A DNA stretch of 64,000 nucleotides from an uncultured Clostridia bacterium (GTDB lineage: Bacteria > Bacillota > Clostridia > TANB77 > CAG-508). The stretch lies in the NCBI GenBank assembly GCA_934167095.1, contig CAKPKE010000006.1, positions 16,481-80,480 on the forward strand. The letters run 5' to 3'. A model generated the notes under the pieces. That model was not told the origin of the DNA, did not search any database, and saw nothing but the letters and a program-made list of their open reading frames with translations. This document shows, piece by piece, positions 17,240 through 26,939 of the stretch (position 1 is the first letter of the stretch; every line of letters begins with the position of its first letter). Made by a program: the position numbers and the translations under genes.

Positions 17240-18919
17240 ATGAAATTACCTACAAGTATTGACAATATATTAAATGAAAATGTTGTAGAAAATGAAAGAT
17301 TAGAACTAAAGAAAAATTGGAATCCAGAATCTGTGTTACATACAGTTTGTGCTTTTGCAAATGATATTGATAATTGGGGTGGAGGGTATATTCTAATAGG
17401 CGTTGAGGAAGAAAATGGAAGACCTAAAATACCAATTTCAGGAATAAATTTACGTGAAATAGATAAGATACAAAAGGAGTTATTGGAAAAGTGTAAATTA
17501 ATTCAACCATCATATACGCCAATAGTTGATGTTACAAAATATAAAGGAAAAAATATATTAGTAGTGTGGTGCTTTGGAGGACAAACAAGACCGTATAAAT
17601 GTCCTGTAACTTTAGATAAAAAATTTTTAAGAGGGTATGCATATTATATAAGAAAAATGTCAAGCACAGTTAGAGCAACAGAAACCGAACAAAAAGAATT
17701 ATATGATATGGCAAGGACAATTCCTTTTGATGATAGAATGAACCATGAAGCTGAAATTCAAGACCTAAAACTACCACTAATTCAGAGTTATTTATATGAA
17801 ACCAAAAGTGATTTATTAAAGGAGTCTGAAAATATAAATTTTATAGACTTATGTAAAAGTATGAGAATTGTAGATGGAACTCCAGAATATATGAAGCCAT
17901 TAAATGTTGGATTAATGTTTTTTAATGATGAACCTCAAAAGTTTTTTCCATATTCACAAATAGAAATAGTTGATCTAAGAAATGGTTCTGAAGGTGATGA
18001 TATGACAGAAAGAATATTTAAAGGACCCATAGATAGCATGATCAGAAGTGCTTTAACATTTATAAGAAATACTGTAATTGAAGAAAAAATATTAAAGATC
18101 GAAGGACAAGCAGAAGCTGAAAGGTTCTTTAATTATCCATACCAAGCTATAGAAGAGGCTTTAGTAAATGCTGTGTATCATAGAGGATATGATATTAGAG
18201 AACCTGTAGAAGTAAGAATAATGGAAGATAGAATCTATATAGTGAGTTATCCTGGGCCAGACCGTTCAATAAATGAAAAATCGATGGAAAATAAGAGCAT
18301 AATAGCAAGAAAATATAGAAATCGTAGGATAGGAGAATTTTTAAAAGAATTAAAATTAACTGAGGGAAGAAATACCGGATTACCTAAAATTAAGAGAGCA
18401 TTAAAAAACAACGGCTCAAAAGAACCTGAATTTGAAACAAATGAATCAAGAGATTATTTTGTAACAACAATATTTATTCATGAAGGATTTAGTCAAGATA
18501 CCCATCAAGATACCCACCAAGATACCCATCAAGATACCCACCAAGATATCCACCAAGATACCCACCAAGATACCTGCCAAGATACCCACCAAGATATCCA
18601 CCAAGATACCCATCAAGATACCCACCAAGATACCCACCAAGATACCCATCAAGATACCCACCAAGATACCCATCAAGATACCCACCAAGATGCCCACAAA
18701 TATACACACCAAGATATTAACCAAGATACAATAAAAAATAAAATAATGGAGTTTTGCCAGAAACCGCGAAAAGCAAAAGAAATAATGAAATATTTAGGAT
18801 TAAAAGACAGAAGAAGTTTTTATGTAAAATATATGAAACCATTATTAAATGATGGAAAATTAAAAATGACAATACCTGATAAGCCAAATCATAGAGAACA
18901 GAAGTATATAACGAAATAA
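17240..18919 (+). CDS. AlbA_2 (Schlafen-like DNA-binding) + HATPase_c_4 + C-terminal wHTH protein, with an internal (QDTH)n repeat
   Basis: ENERLELKKNW..VCAFANDIDNWGGGYILIGVEE is AlbA_2-like. EALVNAVYHRGYDIREPVEVRIMEDRIYIVSYPG and RNRRIGEFLKELKLTEGRNTGLPKI are HATPase_c_4-like. Confidence 0.75.
   Translation: MKLPTSIDNILNENVVENERLELKKNWNPESVLHTVCAFANDIDNWGGGYILIGVEEENGRPKIPISGINLREIDKIQKELLEKCKLIQPSYTPIVDVTKYKGKNILVVWCFGGQTRPYKCPVTLDKKFLRGYAYYIRKMSSTVRATETEQKELYDMARTIPFDDRMNHEAEIQDLKLPLIQSYLYETKSDLLKESENINFIDLCKSMRIVDGTPEYMKPLNVGLMFFNDEPQKFFPYSQIEIVDLRNGSEGDDMTERIFKGPIDSMIRSALTFIRNTVIEEKILKIEGQAEAERFFNYPYQAIEEALVNAVYHRGYDIREPVEVRIMEDRIYIVSYPGPDRSINEKSMENKSIIARKYRNRRIGEFLKELKLTEGRNTGLPKIKRALKNNGSKEPEFETNESRDYFVTTIFIHEGFSQDTHQDTHQDTHQDTHQDIHQDTHQDTCQDTHQDIHQDTHQDTHQDTHQDTHQDTHQDTHQDTHQDAHKYTHQDINQDTIKNKIMEFCQKPRKAKEIMKYLGLKDRRSFYVKYMKPLLNDGKLKMTIPDKPNHREQKYITK
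18494..18733 (+). repeat. 20 tandem copies of a 12-nt unit (caagataccca[c/t]) encoding (QDTH)n
   Basis: Direct reading: 16 near-perfect units, then 4 degenerate units (QDAH, KYTH, QDIN, QDTI). Confidence 0.95.
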
Positions 18920-18995
18920 GCATACAGATAACAATAAGAGGAGTTTTCGAAGAATAATTACTTTTTGGCTATTTATAAAAATAAAGCAAAAATGC

Positions 18996-19024
18996 TTGAC
19001 AAATACACGTAAATATGGTAAAGT
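18996..19024 (+). promoter_or_regulatory. sigma-A-type promoter for the ylxM-ffh operon
   Basis: TTGACA (18996-19001), a 17-nt spacer ending in TGG, then TAAAGT. Confidence 0.5.
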
Positions 19025-19088
19025 ATTATAGCATTACAAAAGAAAGTTAATTTGTTTGTAATATTAAATAAGATAAGGAAGTAATTTT

Positions 19089-19439
19089 ATGGAAAAAAAG
19101 ATAGAACTTGGAATGCTTTGCGACATATATGGCAATCTTTTAACTGAAAAACAAAAAGAAGTTATAAATGACTATGCAAATCAAGATTTATCACTAACTG
19201 AAATTGCTGAAAACAACAATATTACAAGGCAAGCTGTTAATGACATTGTAAAGAAGGGAGAAACAAAGCTTTTGGAATACGAACAAAAGCTAGGAATTAT
19301 GAAAAAGCAGTTAGAAACTGAAAAACAAATTCAAAACATTCTTTCAGAATTAAGCAAAATAACAGATAATTCATCTGATAAAAAAGTTGAAAGAATATTG
19401 AATAGTGTAAGAAAAGAATTAACAATGCTAAACGCATAA
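19089..19439 (+). CDS. ylxM: YlxM/UPF0122 helix-turn-helix protein (SRP operon)
   Basis: 116 aa: LLTEKQKEVINDYANQDLSLTEIAENNNITRQAVNDIVKK. Directly upstream of ffh. Confidence 0.85.
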   Translation: MEKKIELGMLCDIYGNLLTEKQKEVINDYANQDLSLTEIAENNNITRQAVNDIVKKGETKLLEYEQKLGIMKKQLETEKQIQNILSELSKITDNSSDKKVERILNSVRKELTMLNA

Positions 19440-19457
19440 GAAAAGGAGAGGTTTATA

Positions 19458-20825
19458 ATGGCATTTGAGGGATTATCAAGCAAGCTACAAGATTTTACAA
19501 GAAAATTAAGAGGAAAATCAAGAATTACAGAATCAGATTTAAAAGAAATGCTAAGAGAGGTAAAACTTGCACTTCTAGATGCTGATGTTAACTATAAAAT
19601 AGTAAAGGAATTCATAGCTGAAATTGAGAAAAAAGCCCTAGGCCAAGATGTACTTAAATCTCTAACTCCTGGACAACAAGTTATTAAAATAGTAAAAGAC
19701 GAACTTGTGGAACTACTTGGAGGAACAGAAACTGGAATTAATTTTAGTTCAAATCCACCAACAATAATAATGTTAGTAGGACTTCAAGGTTCAGGAAAAA
19801 CAACAACAGCAGGAAAACTTGCAAATCTACTTAGAAAACAAGGAAAAAAGCCATTGCTAGTAGCATGTGATGTTTATAGACCAGCTGCAATAAAACAATT
19901 ACAAGTAGTTGGTGCTCAATTAAACATTCCAGTATTTGCAAATGAAGGCTCAAAAGATGTTGTACATATTGCAAAACAAGCAATTAGTGTTGCATATTCT
20001 AAGTTAAATGATGTTGTAATTTTAGATACAGCAGGACGACTTCAAATAGATGAAGAGCTTATGCAAGAACTTGCTAATGTAAAAAATAGTGTACATCCAC
20101 ATGAAATACTTTTAGTAGTTGATTCAATGACAGGTCAAGAAGCTGTAAATGTTGCAACTGCATTTAATGAAAAAGTAGGAATTGATGGAGTAATACTTAC
20201 AAAATTAGATGGTGATACTCGTGGTGGTGCTGCATTATCAGTTAAAAAAGTTACTGGTAAACCAATAAAATTTGCAGGAACTGGTGAAAAACTAAGTGAA
20301 CTTGAAGTATTCCATCCAGAAAGAATGGCATCAAGAATTTTAGGAATGGGAGATGTTCTTTCGATAATTGAAAAAGCTGAAGAATCTTTTGACGCAGAAG
20401 AAGCTGAAAAAATCGCTCAGCAATTAGATAAAAAGGATTTTAACCTAAATGATTATCTGGTGCAATTAAGACAAGTTAAAAAAATGGGTTCTTTTTCGTC
20501 ATTACTTAAATTTATACCAGGAATGGCCAACATTAAGGATTTAAAGGTAGATGACAAAGAATTTGATAAAATAGAAGCAATAATTTGTTCAATGACAGCA
20601 AAGGAAAGAAGAAATCCTAAAATATTAAATGGACAAAGAAGATTAAGAATTGCAAAAGGTAGTGGAACCTCAGTACAAGAAATAAATAGATTTATGAAAT
20701 CATTTGAAATGACTCAAAAAATGATGAAGCAAATGAAAGATAAAAAGTCTATGAAAAAGATGATGGGGCAAATGAAAACCATGGATGCTAAAGAATTAGA
20801 AAATTTAAAGAATCAATTAAAATAA
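19458..20825 (+). CDS. ffh: signal recognition particle protein Ffh
   Basis: 455 aa: GLQGSGKTTTAGKLA, DTAGR, TKLDGD, and a Met-rich M domain. Confidence 0.97.
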   Translation: MAFEGLSSKLQDFTRKLRGKSRITESDLKEMLREVKLALLDADVNYKIVKEFIAEIEKKALGQDVLKSLTPGQQVIKIVKDELVELLGGTETGINFSSNPPTIIMLVGLQGSGKTTTAGKLANLLRKQGKKPLLVACDVYRPAAIKQLQVVGAQLNIPVFANEGSKDVVHIAKQAISVAYSKLNDVVILDTAGRLQIDEELMQELANVKNSVHPHEILLVVDSMTGQEAVNVATAFNEKVGIDGVILTKLDGDTRGGAALSVKKVTGKPIKFAGTGEKLSELEVFHPERMASRILGMGDVLSIIEKAEESFDAEEAEKIAQQLDKKDFNLNDYLVQLRQVKKMGSFSSLLKFIPGMANIKDLKVDDKEFDKIEAIICSMTAKERRNPKILNGQRRLRIAKGSGTSVQEINRFMKSFEMTQKMMKQMKDKKSMKKMMGQMKTMDAKELENLKNQLK

Positions 20826-20908
20826 TTAAAAAGTTTTTAATGTTTACTACTACAACTAGTAGGAAAATTAAATATAAATATTTATAAATTTTGCGGAGGT
20901 GAATTAAT

Positions 20909-21142
20909 ATGGTAAAAATAAGATTACAAAGAGTAGGTGCAAAGAAAGCTCCATTCTATCACATCGTTGTTGCTGATTCAAGATCACCAAGAGATGGAAG
21001 AATAGTAGAAAAAATTGGAACTTACGATCCAATGACAGATCCAGCTACAATAAACCTAGACAAAGAAAAAGTAGCTACATGGATTAAAAATGGTGCAAAG
21101 CCAACAGATACAGTTAAAGCTTTAATAGAAAGAGCAAAATAG
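20909..21142 (+). CDS. rpsP: 30S ribosomal protein S16
   Basis: [31 protein letters not shown].. Confidence 0.95.
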   Translation: MVKIRLQRVGAKKAPFYHIVVADSRSPRDGRIVEKIGTYDPMTDPATINLDKEKVATWIKNGAKPTDTVKALIERAK

Positions 21143-21167
21143 TATCTAAGCAGAAAGGAAATTCTTT

Positions 21168-21398
21168 ATGGAAGAAGTTTTAAAAACAATAATTGAAAAC
21201 TTAGTAGAGAATAAAGAGGCTGTTCAAATAACAAGAGTTGATGATGAAAGAGGAATTCTTTTAAAAGTTAAAGTAGCAGATGAAGATATGGGCCAAGTAA
21301 TTGGTAAACAAGGAAGAATAGCAAAAGCTATTAGAACTGTTATGAAATCTATAACTGCTAAAGAACATAAAAAAGTAGGAATAATATTTGAGGAATAA
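21168..21398 (+). CDS. KH-domain RNA-binding protein (YlqC family)
   Basis: 76 aa with GQVIGKQGRIAKAIRTV (the GXXG KH motif). Conserved position between rpsP and rimM. Confidence 0.9.
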   Translation: MEEVLKTIIENLVENKEAVQITRVDDERGILLKVKVADEDMGQVIGKQGRIAKAIRTVMKSITAKEHKKVGIIFEE

Positions 21399-21399
21399 T

Positions 21400-21906
21400 A
21401 TGAATAAATACTTAGAAATTGGCCAAATTGTTAATACTTTTGGAATAAAAGGAGAAGTTAAAGTTAATCCTTTTACAGAAGATATTACAAAGTTTGAAAG
21501 ATTAGATAAAATATTACTTGAAAAAAGTAATAAACAAACATCTTATGAAATTGAAAATGTAAAGTATCATAAAAATACTGTTATATTAAAATTAAAAGGT
21601 GTTAATACTCCTGAAGATGCAGAACTTTTAAGAAACTCATATATAAAAATAAATAGAGAAGATGAAGAAGATTTGCCAGAAGGAACATATTACATAGCTG
21701 ATTTAATAGGATTAGAAGTTTATACTGATGAAAATGTTAAATTAGGCACAGTTGATGATATATATAATCATGGAAGTAGTGATATATATGTTGTTAAAAA
21801 TGAATTAGGAAAACAAATATTATTACCAGCAATAAAAGATGTTGTAAAACAAGTTGATTTAGAGAATAAAAGAATTATTGTACATATAATTCCAGGATTA
21901 CTATAA
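21400..21906 (+). CDS. rimM: 16S rRNA processing protein RimM
   Basis: MNKYLEIGQIVNTFGIKGEVKV.. followed by a PRC-barrel C-terminus. Start placed at ATG 21400 (GAGGA RBS). Confidence 0.9.
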   Translation: MNKYLEIGQIVNTFGIKGEVKVNPFTEDITKFERLDKILLEKSNKQTSYEIENVKYHKNTVILKLKGVNTPEDAELLRNSYIKINREDEEDLPEGTYYIADLIGLEVYTDENVKLGTVDDIYNHGSSDIYVVKNELGKQILLPAIKDVVKQVDLENKRIIVHIIPGLL

Positions 21907-21915
21907 GGAGCAAAT

Positions 21916-22614
21916 ATGAAATTTGATATATTAACTTTGTTCCCAGAAATGTTTGAACCATTAAAACACAGTATTATCGAAAGAGCTACTAAGAAAAATT
22001 TGATAGAAATTAATACAATAAATATCAGAGATTTTTCAAAAGATAAGCATAAAAAAGTAGATGATACACCTTATGGTGGTGGGGCAGGAATGGTAATGAA
22101 AGCAGATGTAGTATATGATGCATATAAATCTGTTGAAGATAAAAATGCTAAAGTTATATTTTTGTCACCACAAGGTAAAACATTAAATCAAAAAAAGGTT
22201 CAAGAACTTGCTAAAGAAGAACATTTGATATTGTTATGCGGACATTATGAAGGAATTGACCAAAGAGTTCTAGATGAAATTGTTGATGAAGAAATTTCAA
22301 TAGGAGATTATGTACTAACAGGTGGCGAATTACCAGCAATGGTATTAGTTGATTCTGTAAGTAGATATGTCGATGGAGTCTTAAGTAAAGATTCAACTAC
22401 AGAAGAATCTTTTTCAAAAGGTTATCTTGAATATAGTCAGTATACAAGACCAGAAGTTTTTTTAGGAAGAAAAGTCCCAGAAGTTTTACAATCAGGAAAT
22501 CATCAAAAAATTGAAGAATGGAGAAAAAATAGTTCTCTGAAAAATACTTTTGCAAAAAGACCTGATCTTTTGACAAAGGAAGAACAGGAAAAAGCAAAAA
22601 ACATTGACTTATAA
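21916..22614 (+). CDS. trmD: tRNA (guanine37-N1)-methyltransferase TrmD
   Basis: [15 protein letters not shown].., [24 protein letters not shown]. Confidence 0.95.
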   Translation: MKFDILTLFPEMFEPLKHSIIERATKKNLIEINTINIRDFSKDKHKKVDDTPYGGGAGMVMKADVVYDAYKSVEDKNAKVIFLSPQGKTLNQKKVQELAKEEHLILLCGHYEGIDQRVLDEIVDEEISIGDYVLTGGELPAMVLVDSVSRYVDGVLSKDSTTEESFSKGYLEYSQYTRPEVFLGRKVPEVLQSGNHQKIEEWRKNSSLKNTFAKRPDLLTKEEQEKAKNIDL

Positions 22615-22650
22615 AAGTTAAAATAAAAATTTATGAAAGGAGATATCAAG

Positions 22651-23124
22651 ATGGATATTATAAAATCAATTGAACATGAACAATTAAAGAATAAAATTCC
22701 TGATTTAAAAATTGGTGATACAGTAAGAGTTCATCAAAGAATTAAAGAAGGAAATAGAGAAAGAATCCAAGTTTTTGAAGGAATAATAATCAAAAAACAA
22801 GGTGGAAGTGTAAATGCAACATTTACAGTAAGAAGAATTGCTTATGGTGTAGGAGTAGAAAAAACATTCTTAGTTCACTCACCATTAGTAGAAAAAGTAG
22901 AGGTAGTAAGAGTTGGTAAAGCTAGAAGAGCTAAACTATACTACTTAAGAGATAGAGTTGGTAAAGCAGCTAAGACAAAGGAAAATGTAGGAGCAAAAAT
23001 CGAATCTAAATATATCGAAGTAAAAGCTGATACAACAGTTGAACCAGTAGTAGAAGAAGTTAAAGCTACTGAAACTGTAGAAGTAGCAGAAGCTCCTGTA
23101 GCTGAAGCACCAAAAGCAGAATAA
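22651..23124 (+). CDS. rplS: 50S ribosomal protein L19 with a ~45-aa acidic, Val/Glu/Ala-rich C-terminal extension
   Basis: [45 protein letters not shown]. Start placed at ATG 22651 (AAAGGAGA RBS). Confidence 0.93.
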   Translation: MDIIKSIEHEQLKNKIPDLKIGDTVRVHQRIKEGNRERIQVFEGIIIKKQGGSVNATFTVRRIAYGVGVEKTFLVHSPLVEKVEVVRVGKARRAKLYYLRDRVGKAAKTKENVGAKIESKYIEVKADTTVEPVVEEVKATETVEVAEAPVAEAPKAE

Positions 23125-23138
23125 TAAATATTAAAAAT

Positions 23139-23173
23139 AATTCAAGTTATTTAATAGCTTGAATTATTTTTTT
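23139..23173 (+). terminator. terminator of the ribosomal/SRP operon
   Basis: aattcaag / cttgaatt stem followed by attttttt. Confidence 0.65.
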
Positions 23174-23204
23174 GCTCTAGAATTTACTTTAGAAATTTCA
23201 AATG

Positions 23205-23251
23205 ATAAAAAAATAAAAATTTCCATTAGAATTTTTTTAATCTAATGGAAA
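23205..23251 (-). terminator. terminator of the Lon-like gene
   Basis: tttccattag / ctaatggaaa stem. On the minus strand it is followed by tttttattttttt. Confidence 0.65.
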
Positions 23252-23267
23252 TTATAAATTATATTTT

Positions 23268-25661
23268 TTAATCTTCTTTACTAATTTTAGCAAATTTCTT
23301 TAATTTTTCATAAGCTAAGTAGTTGATTGTACCAGCAGGGAATTTGCCAGAAACAGGATCTTTCTTTCCAGCAGGAACTCCTGTTAATAATTCAATTCCT
23401 TGCTCTATTGTCTCAATAGCATATATGTGGAACTGCTTGTTTCTTACTGCTTCAACAACTTCATCTGATAAATTTAAGTTTTTAACGTTTAATTTTGGTA
23501 TCATAACACCTTGAGTTCCATCAAGGCCTCTTGATTTACATATTTTAAAGAAACCCTCAATTTTATCATTAACTCCACCGATTGGTTGAATTTCACCTTT
23601 TTGATTTACAGAACCTGTAACACTAATTGCTTGATTTATTGGTATTCCAGAAAGGCTTGAAAGTATTGCATAAAGCTCTGTACTAGAAGCACTATCACCA
23701 TCCACGCCATTGTATAATTGTTCAAAACATAGACTTGCAGTTAGTGATAAAGGAATATCTTGTGCAAACATTTCTCCTAAATATCCAGTAAGAATATATA
23801 CACCTTTTGAATGAGTTGAACCAGACATGTCAACTTCACGCTCAATGTTTATTATTCCATTTTTTCCAACATAAGTACTAGCTGTTATTCTAGCAGGAAG
23901 TCCAAAAGCATAAGTTCCAACATTCATAACTGTTAGACCATTGATTTGTCCAACTTTAAATCCTGTAGTATCTATTAAAAGTGTGTGTGAATCTATCATT
24001 TCCATGTATTTTTCACTGTATTTTTGAGCTCTTTCTAATCTTTGTTTTAAAGCCTCATCGACAATTTTTCCAGTGATTACTTTTTCTCGTTTTAATCTTG
24101 CAAGTGTTGCTGCTTCACCAACAACTTGAGTAATTTCACTAAATCTAGTAGAAAGTTTTGATTGGTCATCAGCTAGACGAGATGCAAATTCTATTATTTT
24201 TGCCATTCCAGATCTGTCAAGAGGTGGAAGCTCTTCGGCTAAGCAAAAACCATGAACTACTTGAGCAAGTTTATTCATATTTTCCTGAGAAAATGGAGCA
24301 TCATCTTCAAATTCTACTTTTATTTTGAATAACTTTTTGAAGTCATTATCAACAGATATTAATGTTTGATAAATTGAATCACTTCCAATTACAATCACTT
24401 TTAAATTAAGTGGAATAGGTTCTGGTTTTAGTGAAACCATGACCATAGAAGAATGTTGGTCAACTAAGTTTTCTATTCCAAGTTCTTTAGTACGAAGAAC
24501 TTTTTTTAATGTTTCATAGCACATTTGGTTAGATAAAATATCTGTTGCTTGCATGATTAAATATCCACCATTTGCAATATGAAGAAGTCCTGGCTTTAAC
24601 ATTGTGTAATCTGTTTTTAAGCTACCATAGTAATTTTCATATTCAAGCTTACCAAATAGGTTAGGGTAAGAGTAGTTTGAATCCATTATAACAGGAGCAC
24701 CTTCACGGTTGCTGTTATCAATAAATAAATTTACTCTATAATTTAACCAAGGTTTTACTAGTTCTTGTCTTTGCATTGGTTGTGGTGGTTGTTGATTTTT
24801 TTCATCATCAGCTGTTAAAAATGCGTTGATATTTCTTAAAATATCTTTTTTTACATCGTCTAAAAATTTATTTATTTTTTTGTTTCTTTTGAAATTAGCT
24901 TTTATATAATTAATATGAGCGTTTACTGTAAGAAGAGCAACGTTTGATTGCCATTCACTTACTTTTTTATCAGCTTCAGATTGTATCATTTTTATTTGAG
25001 TGATAGCTTCCATAACATGTTGTTGAACTATGCTAGATTTTTCCTCAAATTCTTTTTTGATTTGCTCATCTAATTTTTCAAATTCTTCTTCTTCAATGGT
25101 TCTACCATTTATAACAGGCATCATATAAATACCGTTTTTGGCAGACTTTACTTGAAAGCCATATTGAATAGAAGTAGCATTTAATTTATCCATTAAAACA
25201 GTTCTTTTTGTTTCATATTCTTGCTTTAAAAGAGCTTTTTCTTTTTCAAAATCATCATTGCTGAAAGTTTCTTTTATATCTCTTTTTATATCAGCAATAA
25301 ATCTGTCCATAGCTTCTTTGAATTCTTTTCCTTGACCTGCAGTAAGTGAAATTGCAACTGGTTCATTTGGATTATCAAAGTTATAAACGTAACACCAATC
25401 TTGAGGTGTTTTTTTCTTCTTAGAAATAGTATCTAAGTAATGTTTTGTGTACATTGTTTTTCCAACACCACTAGGCCCTTCAAGATAGATGTTGTATCCG
25501 TTTATATCAACATTTAGACCAAATTCTAAGGCTTTAATTCCTCTGTCTTGACCAATTCCTGTGTTGATAGGCTGTAAAGTGTCTGTTGTATCAAAATTAA
25601 AAAGGTCAACATTGCAAGTTGATTTTAATTTTTTGTATGAAAGTTCAAATTCATTTTTCAT
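23268..25661 (-). CDS. Lon-like AAA+ serine protease (COG1067/LonC-like) with a long coiled-coil insertion
   Basis: Walker A is YLEGPSGVGKT. A Lys/Glu-rich helical insertion is present. The Lon protease domain has DGDSASSTELYAILSSL (Ser) and GGVNDKIEG (Lys). Start placed at ATG 25661 (GGAGG RBS). Confidence 0.8.
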   Translation of the reverse strand: MKNEFELSYKKLKSTCNVDLFNFDTTDTLQPINTGIGQDRGIKALEFGLNVDINGYNIYLEGPSGVGKTMYTKHYLDTISKKKKTPQDWCYVYNFDNPNEPVAISLTAGQGKEFKEAMDRFIADIKRDIKETFSNDDFEKEKALLKQEYETKRTVLMDKLNATSIQYGFQVKSAKNGIYMMPVINGRTIEEEEFEKLDEQIKKEFEEKSSIVQQHVMEAITQIKMIQSEADKKVSEWQSNVALLTVNAHINYIKANFKRNKKINKFLDDVKKDILRNINAFLTADDEKNQQPPQPMQRQELVKPWLNYRVNLFIDNSNREGAPVIMDSNYSYPNLFGKLEYENYYGSLKTDYTMLKPGLLHIANGGYLIMQATDILSNQMCYETLKKVLRTKELGIENLVDQHSSMVMVSLKPEPIPLNLKVIVIGSDSIYQTLISVDNDFKKLFKIKVEFEDDAPFSQENMNKLAQVVHGFCLAEELPPLDRSGMAKIIEFASRLADDQSKLSTRFSEITQVVGEAATLARLKREKVITGKIVDEALKQRLERAQKYSEKYMEMIDSHTLLIDTTGFKVGQINGLTVMNVGTYAFGLPARITASTYVGKNGIINIEREVDMSGSTHSKGVYILTGYLGEMFAQDIPLSLTASLCFEQLYNGVDGDSASSTELYAILSSLSGIPINQAISVTGSVNQKGEIQPIGGVNDKIEGFFKICKSRGLDGTQGVMIPKLNVKNLNLSDEVVEAVRNKQFHIYAIETIEQGIELLTGVPAGKKDPVSGKFPAGTINYLAYEKLKKFAKISKED

Positions 25662-25683
25662 TTGTAAATCCTCCATTTATTAT

Positions 25684-26119
25684 CTATTGTAAATTTAATG
25701 TCATAAGTAATGCGTCTGTTTCGTTATTATAATACTTTTTTCGACAACCGACTTTACTGAAATTATACTTTTTATATAAGTTAATTGCAATAGTATTTTC
25801 TACATTAACTTCTAAATTTATACTTTTAATTTTTGCTTCTTTACAAAAATTTATAGTGCTTTCTAAAATAAAATTTGATATGCCTTGACCACGATGGTCT
25901 TTTTTTACAACAATATTCATAAGTTCGGCTTCATCAAAGATTATTTTTATTCCACAAAAACCGTAAAATTAAATCTTGATTTTTGCAAATAAAATATTTT
26001 GAAGTACTAGAATTAAGTTCTTCTTTTAAAGTTTCATAAGTCCAAAAATTATCAAAGTCAGCATATAAAGAATTTTTAATTTCTTCTAAATCAGATAAAT
26101 TCATTTGTAAAAATTCCAT
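25684..26119 (-). pseudogene. rimI: ribosomal-protein-alanine N-acetyltransferase RimI in two frames; +1 break at in-frame CGG (minus strand, 25963-25961)
   Basis: N-terminal part ..SKYFICKNQDLIL and C-terminal part GFCGIKIIFDEAELMNIVVKKDHRGQGIS.. join perfectly if the C is skipped. Lies in the tsaE-tsaB-rimI operon context. Confidence 0.8.
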
Positions 26120-26199
26120 ATTAAATTTAATTCCTTTCTTGCTTTACTAAAAGATATAATAAAAGTTTTTGTTTGACTTTGAAAATAACAAAAGCCAAA

Positions 26200-26922
26200 T
26201 TATAATTTATTATTTTTAAGAGCTTGTTCTGCTTGAGATGCTCTTAAGTAAAGAGGAGAAAGCATATTAGAATCTCCAATTTTTCCGTTTTTGAAGTTTG
26301 AATAGGCGCATTTTGTAAGAGATATGCCATTTTGTGTGTTATTATCACAAAATTCTACATTTTCAAAAACAGAAGCTGACTCTGTAATTAAGTTTTTATA
26401 TAAAATAGAAGCATCCCCAACAAAAGTAATAGGGTCTTTTGTACTAGTAATTTGAGATAGGAATGTTGCAAGAACAATATTTATATTATCTGCAATAAAA
26501 TCTGCTTTTTTCTCATAATGGCCATTGTCATTATAGAAGAACCCACCATAAACATTTGAATTTTTGCAATCTATTAAAGAAATAATGTAGCCATTATTTG
26601 AAGTATTGTATGCCAAACTTTCAAGTGAAGAAATACCAGTTGCTTTAATATTTTTACTGTCAACAAAAGCTTTGCAAGATGCAATTCCAATACGAATTCC
26701 TGTAAAAGAGCCAGGACCTATAGAACATGCAACAAGGTCAATATTATTTAAGCTTAAGTTAGCTTCTTTAAAAGCTTGGTCTACCATAGGCATAAGTTTT
26801 TGAGAATGAGTTTTTTCATCGTCATTATTTTTTTCTACGAGTATGTCAATTTTATCATCTAAACATTCAGAAATTGCAACACAACAATTTGCTGAAGAAG
26901 TATCAATAGCAAGTATTTTCAT
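26200..26922 (-). CDS. tsaB: tRNA t6A37 biosynthesis protein TsaB
   Basis: MKILAIDTSS.., GPGSFTGIRIG. Confidence 0.9.
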   Translation of the reverse strand: MKILAIDTSSANCCVAISECLDDKIDILVEKNNDDEKTHSQKLMPMVDQAFKEANLSLNNIDLVACSIGPGSFTGIRIGIASCKAFVDSKNIKATGISSLESLAYNTSNNGYIISLIDCKNSNVYGGFFYNDNGHYEKKADFIADNINIVLATFLSQITSTKDPITFVGDASILYKNLITESASVFENVEFCDNNTQNGISLTKCAYSNFKNGKIGDSNMLSPLYLRASQAEQALKNNKL

Positions 26923-26939
26923 AATAATCCTTTCTAAAA

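Noticed and set aside
18446-18734. Four overlapping ORFs on both strands across the 12-nt repeat (for example 18446-18724 minus and 18480-18734 plus).
   Set aside because: They are a by-product of a stop-free tandem repeat. Only the frame continuous with the AlbA_2/HATPase_c_4 protein has flanking homology.
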